Below are positions 52,273-57,654 of a DNA stretch of 57,654 nt, piece by piece. The notes beneath the pieces are model-generated. The model saw only the letters and a program-made list of their open reading frames with translations, had not been told where the DNA came from and made no database searches. The first letter of the stretch is position 1, and each line of letters opens with the position of its first letter. This DNA is from Bacteroidales bacterium (GTDB lineage Bacteria; Bacteroidota; Bacteroidia; Bacteroidales; B18-G4), in NCBI GenBank assembly GCA_036351275.1, contig JAZBOU010000178.1, positions 1 through 57,654 of the forward strand, in the 5' to 3' direction. The translations under genes and the position numbers were made by a program.

Positions 52273-53367
52273 TTAAAGCCCTTTATCCATTTTTCTCCGT
52301 GAAATCTTTTCTTTTACATAAACCCTCCTGATCCAGAATGGCAGGATAAAGAATCCGATAAAGAGATAGGGATAGTAGCTGAGTAACCTCCAGAGGAGCC
52401 CGATGGCCGTTTCCAGCCCGAAGGGGATGAAATCCCCAAGGAATATGGGAAAAGCATATTCGGCTACGCCGCTGCCTCCAGGAGTAGGGCTAACAAGGAG
52501 AATAACCCACATTACCAACTGACGGCCATATATCAAGAATTGATCTCCAATATGGGTGAATTCACCCGGGATAGCACGAAATGCCATAATGAGGGCATTC
52601 ACCACCCAGAAACGGGCCGACCAGGAAAACACGGTGGCACCGAAGGCCTTGAACCAGAACATAAAGGATTTACCTTTCATCTCACGGGAGGTCGTAATGA
52701 TATCGTCGCCGGTTTGCACTGCTTTATGTTTCCATCGTTTCAGGAAAGGCAGGGAGGCAAATGAAACTATTATCCTTTTAAATCCCTTCGGGCTGATAAA
52801 AATGGCTGAGGTAATGACCGTAGTCAATGTCAGGATGAAAACATAGCCAAAAATGAAGGCTTCTTGTCCACCCAGGTTCATTAAAAATCCCGCATCTGCT
52901 ACAAAAAGGTTATCGATACCGATCACCAGTATCACCACCGGGACCATGGTGATGTAGAAGAGTTCATCAAGCATGGCCGTGATCATAACGATAGCTGTGG
53001 TCCGCCCCATGGAGATCCCTTCCTTGTTAACGATGAAGAGAGCGATAGCCGACCCCCCCACGATGGATGGCGTAATAGAAGAAGCAAACTCCCAGAGCAT
53101 GATCGCATCAAAGCTATGGCGCCAGCTGATCTGCCTGTCGGTAAGCACTCGTAAGCGGTACATATAGGCAAGATCACGTATGGCCTGCAGGCACAATGCA
53201 AAGAACAGCCAGAGGAAAGTGTATACCGACCAGTGGATCTGCAGGAATGCGTCCCTGTTGAAGTCCCTGATGAGCAGGAAAGAAGCTACACCAAGCCCCA
53301 GTACCAGGGGTATGATAATACGCTTTAGCTGGAAAAAGCGCAGGACCTTGTTAAGTTCGGTATCCAT
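52273..53367 (-). CDS. Flippase-like / UPF0104 polytopic membrane protein (paralogue of 16-1035)
   Basis: 364 aa from the ATG at 53367; the track start at 53370 is TTG. About 8 TM helices and a SPTPGGSGVAEYAF motif. Confidence 0.65.
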   Translation of the reverse strand: MDTELNKVLRFFQLKRIIIPLVLGLGVASFLLIRDFNRDAFLQIHWSVYTFLWLFFALCLQAIRDLAYMYRLRVLTDRQISWRHSFDAIMLWEFASSITPSIVGGSAIALFIVNKEGISMGRTTAIVMITAMLDELFYITMVPVVILVIGIDNLFVADAGFLMNLGGQEAFIFGYVFILTLTTVITSAIFISPKGFKRIIVSFASLPFLKRWKHKAVQTGDDIITTSREMKGKSFMFWFKAFGATVFSWSARFWVVNALIMAFRAIPGEFTHIGDQFLIYGRQLVMWVILLVSPTPGGSGVAEYAFPIFLGDFIPFGLETAIGLLWRLLSYYPYLFIGFFILPFWIRRVYVKEKISRRKMDKGL

Positions 53368-53415
53368 CAATCATAAATCGGAGTACAAATATGAGCATTT
53401 TATCTTGATTTTGAG

Positions 53416-53500
53416 TGTTGGAGGTTGGGTGTTGGATTAATTTAAATTCAGAATGTATAATTCAGAATTAATCCAAAATCCAGCATCCATAATCCAAAAT
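53416..53500. repeat. Cargo-less copy of the GT-arm/AC-arm inverted repeat (long imperfect hairpin)
   Basis: Left arm tgttggaggttgggtgttggattaat (53416-53441), 25-nt loop, right arm attaatccaaaatccagcatccataatccaaaat (53467-53500). About 22 of 26 positions pair when G-U is allowed. Confidence 0.65.
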
Positions 53501-53569
53501 TAATAAAGCACTTGTGCTTCAATTGAAGTTTTTTACTAAGTTTACCGTCCTTTTGAAAAATCATACACA

Positions 53570-55054
53570 ATGAATCCGAACCCACTCGTACAATATCTCA
53601 ACAAGCCTCCCGAAGAATTTACCAAAGATGACCTCATTCGTTATTGTGAAGATTACAATATAGGTATGGTAAATTTCCGCTATACCGGATGGGACGGCAG
53701 ACTTAAAACCCTCAACTTCATCATCAACAGCAGGGAACATCTCGATAATATCCTCACCAGCGGAGAGCGTGTCGATGGTTCAAGCCTCTTCTCTTTTATT
53801 GAGGCAGGATCCAGCGACCTTTATGTCATGCCCCGCTACAAAACTGCCTTTGTAAATCCATTTACGGATATTCCGACCCTGGATATCCTTTGTTCATACT
53901 TTGATAAAGAGGGTAATCCGCTTGAAAGCGCCCCGGAATATATCCTCAAGAAAGCCCATGATTCATTCAAAGAAGCCACAGGAATGGAGTTTGAAGCTAT
54001 GGGTGAACTTGAATATTACGTGATCTTTGAACGTGAGACCTTGTATGAAGCAGAAGACCAGCGGGGATACCACGAGTCGACCCCATTTACAAAATGGGAA
54101 GAATTGCGTACTGAAGCCATGGCAGCCATAGCGCAGTCCGGAGGCAAGATCAAATACGGTCATTCGGAGGTGGGCAATTTTGTGGTTGGAGATACGGAAT
54201 ACGAACAGAATGAGATCGAGTTCCTTCCGGTAAATGTGGAGGATGCTGCCGACCAGCTGATGGTAGCCAAATGGATATTGCGTACCCTGGCTTATAAATA
54301 CGGAGTAACCGTAACTTTTGCACCTAAGATCACTGTTGGAAAAGCCGGCAGCGGATTGCATGTACACACCCGTCTGATGAAGGATGGAGAAAATATGATG
54401 GTCGACGAGAACGGATTGAGCGACATTGCAAAGAAAGCCATCGCCGGGTATCTGACATTGGCACCTTCGCTGACTGCTTTCGGTAATATCAATCCAACCT
54501 CTTATTTCAGGCTGGTCCCTCACCAGGAAGCACCTACTAATATCTGCTGGGGCGACCGCAACCGTTCTGTGCTGGTCAGGGTGCCGCTGGGGTGGTCAGC
54601 AAAAAAAGACATGCTGCACCAGGCCAACCCCCAGGAAGGCCCGACAACAGGTTCCTATACCAACAAACAGACTGTTGAGTTCCGTTGCCCCGACGGATCT
54701 GCAGATATTTACCTGCTCCTGGCCGGCCTTACCGTCGCAGCACGGCACGGCTTCCAGATGAAAGACCCGCTCAAGTATGCAGAGGAGACCTACGTAGACG
54801 TGAATATTTTTATGGACGAAAACAAAGCCAGGATGGATTCCCTTTCTGTACTCCCGAGCTCCTGCTGGGAATCAGCCGAGGCATTACTTTCACAAAAGGA
54901 TATCTACACTCAGTATGGCGTGTTTTCCGAAGGCATGCTCGAGTGGATAGTATCATACCTGAAAAGTTTCAACGACAAGACCCTCCGCCAGGATATCGGA
55001 AAAGATGAAGCAGAGATATTGAAGCTGGTGAATCGCTTTTTTCACTGCGGATAA
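53570..55054 (+). CDS. glnA: Glutamine synthetase family protein (about 500-aa form)
   Basis: 494 aa. Beta-grasp N-domain and catalytic-domain motifs KAGSGLHVHTRL, NPTSYFRLVP and EFRCPDGSADIYL. Confidence 0.82.
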   Translation: MNPNPLVQYLNKPPEEFTKDDLIRYCEDYNIGMVNFRYTGWDGRLKTLNFIINSREHLDNILTSGERVDGSSLFSFIEAGSSDLYVMPRYKTAFVNPFTDIPTLDILCSYFDKEGNPLESAPEYILKKAHDSFKEATGMEFEAMGELEYYVIFERETLYEAEDQRGYHESTPFTKWEELRTEAMAAIAQSGGKIKYGHSEVGNFVVGDTEYEQNEIEFLPVNVEDAADQLMVAKWILRTLAYKYGVTVTFAPKITVGKAGSGLHVHTRLMKDGENMMVDENGLSDIAKKAIAGYLTLAPSLTAFGNINPTSYFRLVPHQEAPTNICWGDRNRSVLVRVPLGWSAKKDMLHQANPQEGPTTGSYTNKQTVEFRCPDGSADIYLLLAGLTVAARHGFQMKDPLKYAEETYVDVNIFMDENKARMDSLSVLPSSCWESAEALLSQKDIYTQYGVFSEGMLEWIVSYLKSFNDKTLRQDIGKDEAEILKLVNRFFHCG

Positions 55055-55062
55055 GGCTTTTT

Positions 55063-55190
55063 GAGTGATGATATCCTATTGATTAGAGATTAGTAAAGAT
55101 TGTTAAAGAAGAATTCTAATTTCAGATCATTCGAATTTCTTCACTACCATTCTTCAATAATCAATAGGATCTAATCACTAATCATTCAAT
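55063..55190. terminator. Long imperfect inverted repeat between convergent genes (probable bidirectional terminator)
   Basis: atcctattgatta (55073-55085) pairs with taatcaataggat (55158-55170). Flanking gagtgatgat / atcactaatcattc extend the stem, and there is an inner gaagaattc / gaatttcttc pair. Confidence 0.5.
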
Positions 55191-55211
55191 GGCTTTGAAG
55201 TAAGGTTTGCT

Positions 55212-56726
55212 TTACCAAATGAAAACGTCTTCTTTCTTCATCGGCCGCCTTCCTTCTATCCATTTGAAATCACGAAGTATGAGCTCATCAGGTCCAAGCT
55301 CTCCTATGGTGTGTATAGCGCCATCAGGCTTGTCGATGTATGTGAACCCCCTGATCTGGCTGCTGTCGATATAGATCACCATTTTATTGCTGATGGCTTT
55401 CTGTATCCCGATCAGGTCATCGTTCTCCTCCCTCAGGTAATACAGGGTCTCCGCATTCCCGGTCACCCTGATCCGGTTGATCTCATTGTCTTTGAAATAA
55501 CCGATCATGATCCGTCCTTTGATCTGGTTGTAGCTTGCCGTATCATCTTTTGAGATGATGAAGCAGGAATTGTAAAACACGATGGTATCGATCTGGCTGT
55601 TGGCGATCACGATCTTTACCGAATCGGAAGTAAGCTGGTTCTCGTCCGACCACATCACGGGATCGTTGTACATGATGATCGTCGAGTCGGGGAAGTGGTA
55701 TACCAGGCTGTCGCACATGCCCTGCAGGCTCTTGCGATAATATTTCACCTTATAATAGGCTTTCATGACCTCAGCGCTTCCGTTGCTGTCGCTGATGATC
55801 CACATGGTATCGGCATGCAGGTAGAGCGAATCTTTTTTATCCGGCATCACCGCCAGGGCACTATCGGTGACATAGGCATAATGCAGTTCATCATCGTATT
55901 CACCCAAATGCCCGTAAACATAAACATCCTGTACTGTATCGTGGAGGGTTACATTGTTCTCGGCCAGGCCGTAACCCGGGGAACGCCGGTAAAACACCGT
56001 ATCGCCCAGCAATATTTGTTCGTTGTGCCGGATAAATACATTCCTCTTCATGCGCGACACATCCAAATCGGTATTGTACCATCCGTCTTCGCAATAAATG
56101 CTGTCTTCCTCTCCCACGATGGTGGATGGCCCTTCGAACCAGGCCATTTTTGAAGCTGTGTTGTAACGCAGGGTATCCGACCTCATCACATAATCGGGAT
56201 TGGTAAGCACCACGCTGTCGCGAAAACGTGCTTCTTTTAAATTTGTATAGTAATGTCCGATCCTGCTAACCAGCTCATTGCTGTCGCTCACAATGGTGGC
56301 CCCTACATAATAATGGGCAATATTGGTATTCCTGTCGTAGGTCAGATGCTCTGTAGTGAGTGTAGCACGGTTATCAATGAGTTTCACGTTCCCATACAGG
56401 TCAGCGATACGTTTAGACCCGTCGTAATTAAGTGAATCAGAATAAATATCCAGGGTATCACTCACGTTGATATGCACGTTGTGGAATGCGCGGAAGTTGT
56501 TCTGCTTGCGGTTGAGCCAGGCACTGTCGCAATAAAAATAGGTGCTGTCGTGGAGCATCACCACGTTCCCGATCAGGCGCTGGATATCAGGGTTAAACTG
56601 ATTATCCATGAGGAGTTCGTCGGAGCGGATAAGCCTTACCTTTGTCTTTTGCTGGCCATAGGATACCTGAATCCCCAATATGATCAGGACGGCAAGAAGA
56701 GACAAATATTTGGATATCGGGTTCAT
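55212..56726 (-). CDS. OstA-like (LptA/LptD N-terminal-like) periplasmic beta-jellyroll repeat protein
   Basis: 504 aa from the ATG at 56726 (MNPISKYLSLLAVLIILGIQVSYGQ); the track start at 56747 is TTG. Repeated OstA-like segments (GNVVMLHDSTYFYCDSAW..., GNVKLIDNRATLT...). Confidence 0.7.
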   Translation of the reverse strand: MNPISKYLSLLAVLIILGIQVSYGQQKTKVRLIRSDELLMDNQFNPDIQRLIGNVVMLHDSTYFYCDSAWLNRKQNNFRAFHNVHINVSDTLDIYSDSLNYDGSKRIADLYGNVKLIDNRATLTTEHLTYDRNTNIAHYYVGATIVSDSNELVSRIGHYYTNLKEARFRDSVVLTNPDYVMRSDTLRYNTASKMAWFEGPSTIVGEEDSIYCEDGWYNTDLDVSRMKRNVFIRHNEQILLGDTVFYRRSPGYGLAENNVTLHDTVQDVYVYGHLGEYDDELHYAYVTDSALAVMPDKKDSLYLHADTMWIISDSNGSAEVMKAYYKVKYYRKSLQGMCDSLVYHFPDSTIIMYNDPVMWSDENQLTSDSVKIVIANSQIDTIVFYNSCFIISKDDTASYNQIKGRIMIGYFKDNEINRIRVTGNAETLYYLREENDDLIGIQKAISNKMVIYIDSSQIRGFTYIDKPDGAIHTIGELGPDELILRDFKWIEGRRPMKKEDVFIW

Positions 56727-56750
56727 TGGTTGGGTAAAGATACGCAAAAT

Positions 56751-56786
56751 GGATTTTGGATGATGGAGGTTGGATGTTGGATTAAT
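56751..56786. repeat. Solo GT-rich arm (ggattttggatgatggaggttggatgttggattaat)
   Basis: Same word composition and the same ggattaat terminus as the left arms at 40313 and 53416. I found no matching AC-rich arm in the next 95 nt. Confidence 0.5.
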
Positions 56787-56851
56787 TTAGAGTCTGGAGC
56801 CCGGAACCCACAAGCGAACTAAACGCATTTTGTAATCTATTTCCAATAAAT

Positions 56852-56859
56852 TATATTTG
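56852..56859 (+). promoter_or_regulatory. Bacteroidota -7 box TATATTTG
   Basis: Matches TAnnTTTG, 23 nt upstream of the ATG at 56882. Confidence 0.45.
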
Positions 56860-56881
56860 CTTAGCCAAAAAAACCAAAAAC

Positions 56882-57493
56882 ATGCGTAAACTCATTTCTT
56901 TGTTTTCTTTATCCATTTTTTTCATTGTATTTTTTTCGTGTACAACTGAAAAATCCAACACCTTCACCGATGACCGTGATGGCAATGTATATGAATTCGT
57001 TCAGATCGGCGACCAGGTCTGGATGAAGGAAAACCTTCGGTTCAAGCCTGAGAGTGGCATCTACTGGGCTTACGACGACAAGGAATCCCGTGGCGATACC
57101 TTTGGATTGTTGTACGACTGGGAACGCGCCTGTGAGGTATGTCCCGAAGGATGGCATTTGCCGAATAAATCCGAGTGGGATGTATTGATCAAGCACCTGG
57201 GTGGTGAGCATATCGCAGGAGCAGCCTTAAAGGATGTGAACAGCCAGCGCTGGAAAGGGGGCGATGAGAGCAATACCAACAGCAGCGGATTTTCTGCCCT
57301 TCCCGAGGGCGTCCGCCGCTACGACGGGCGTTTTTCGTATTTCAACACCTGGGCTTATTTCTGGACTGCCGATACCGGCCGCAAGGCTGAAGAAGCATGG
57401 TGTTTTGCCATCGACGGCCCGCAGAAACGGATCCACAGGGTAAGCTGGGATAAGAATAATGCACTGAGCATCAGATGTGTTAAGGACAAATGA
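56882..57493 (+). CDS. FISUMP (Fibrobacter succinogenes major paralogous) domain lipoprotein
   Basis: 203 aa, lipobox FFSC. DDRDGNVYEFVQIGDQVWMKENL, GLLYDW, PEGWHLP and GF.ALP.G motifs are typical of TIGR02145. Confidence 0.8.
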   Translation: MRKLISLFSLSIFFIVFFSCTTEKSNTFTDDRDGNVYEFVQIGDQVWMKENLRFKPESGIYWAYDDKESRGDTFGLLYDWERACEVCPEGWHLPNKSEWDVLIKHLGGEHIAGAALKDVNSQRWKGGDESNTNSSGFSALPEGVRRYDGRFSYFNTWAYFWTADTGRKAEEAWCFAIDGPQKRIHRVSWDKNNALSIRCVKDK

Positions 57494-57531
57494 TATCAGA
57501 ATTCAGAGATTGAAATCAGAATTCTGATATC
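57492..57531 (+). terminator. Hairpin terminator after the FISUMP gene
   Basis: Perfect 13-bp stem gatatcagaattc (57492-57504) / gaattctgatatc (57519-57531) with a 14-nt loop, followed by tttct. It overlaps the stop codon. Confidence 0.6.
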
Positions 57532-57561
57532 TTTCTGCCTGATTTATATTCCAAAAAGTTT

Positions 57562-57569
57562 TAATTTTG
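57562..57569 (+). promoter_or_regulatory. Bacteroidota -7 box TAATTTTG for tRNA-Lys
   Basis: Matches TAnnTTTG, 12 nt upstream of tRNA position 1. Confidence 0.5.
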
Positions 57570-57580
57570 CATCCCCAAAA

Positions 57581-57653
<73 letters not shown>

Positions 57654-57654
57654 C

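Overview
This 57.6-kb chromosomal window appears to come from a Bacteroidota genome. Supporting signs are two T9SS C-terminal sorting domains, recurrent TAnnTTTG -7 promoter boxes 10-40 nt upstream of starts, almost no Shine-Dalgarno sites, and LytTR, OstA-like and FISUMP families. I call about 50 protein genes and one tRNA-Lys(CUU) at the right edge. I saw no rRNA, CRISPR array, transposase, integrase or recognisable defence-system hallmark such as a nuclease, helicase, TIR, SIR2 or STAND ATPase.

Layout:
- (i) 0-3.4 kb: flippase-like membrane protein, panD, panC, a thioredoxin-fold protein.
- (ii) 3.5-8.2 kb: a TPR-LuxR membrane regulator, a beta-propeller lipoprotein and a T9SS cargo protein.
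- (iii) 8.2-24.3 kb: a c-type cytochrome island. It holds a T9SS-sorted CxxCH protein, a Crp/Fnr regulator followed by a perfect FNR box, a multihaem lipoprotein, PSCyt-like CxxCH lipoproteins paired with paralogous outer-membrane barrels, a monohaem cytochrome c, a 7-haem c / dihaem b / Tat-FeS / NrfD module, CcsB and CcsA, YceI, and a ferritin-like DUF2202 protein.
- (iv) 24.3-29.8 kb: a CzcA-type RND pump fused to its TolC-like outer-membrane factor, plus CzcB.
- (v) 30.9-40.3 kb: a tightly packed ten-gene co-directional array. It opens with a PqqD-like protein, an ATP-grasp ligase and a type-III PLP decarboxylase. It continues with DUF302, a urea-transporter-like/M23 peptidase fusion, a TPR plus beta-barrel outer-membrane protein, a TPR protein, a small acidic protein, ZupT and another outer-membrane barrel.
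- (vi) 40.3-41.0 kb: a four-helix-bundle (23S rRNA IVS protein family) gene flanked by about 30-bp GT-rich/AC-rich inverted repeats. These recur without cargo at 53.4 kb and as a solo arm at 56.75 kb.
- (vii) meaB, fldA, hsp20.
- (viii) 43.5-52.2 kb: an operon of four secreted proteins next to a divergent LytS/LytTR pair. The four are an SxxK serine hydrolase, an alpha/beta-hydrolase-C45 fusion, a 26-27-residue GxDxY solenoid-repeat protein and an N-terminal-Cys Ntn hydrolase.
- (ix) a second flippase-like protein, glutamine synthetase, an OstA-like protein, a FISUMP lipoprotein and tRNA-Lys.

The best candidates for an undescribed system are the PqqD/ATP-grasp/decarboxylase-led array, the catalytic-subunit-less cytochrome island with barrel plus CxxCH-lipoprotein modules, and the secreted amidohydrolase operon. 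All family assignments come from motif-level reading of the translations. No database search was run.
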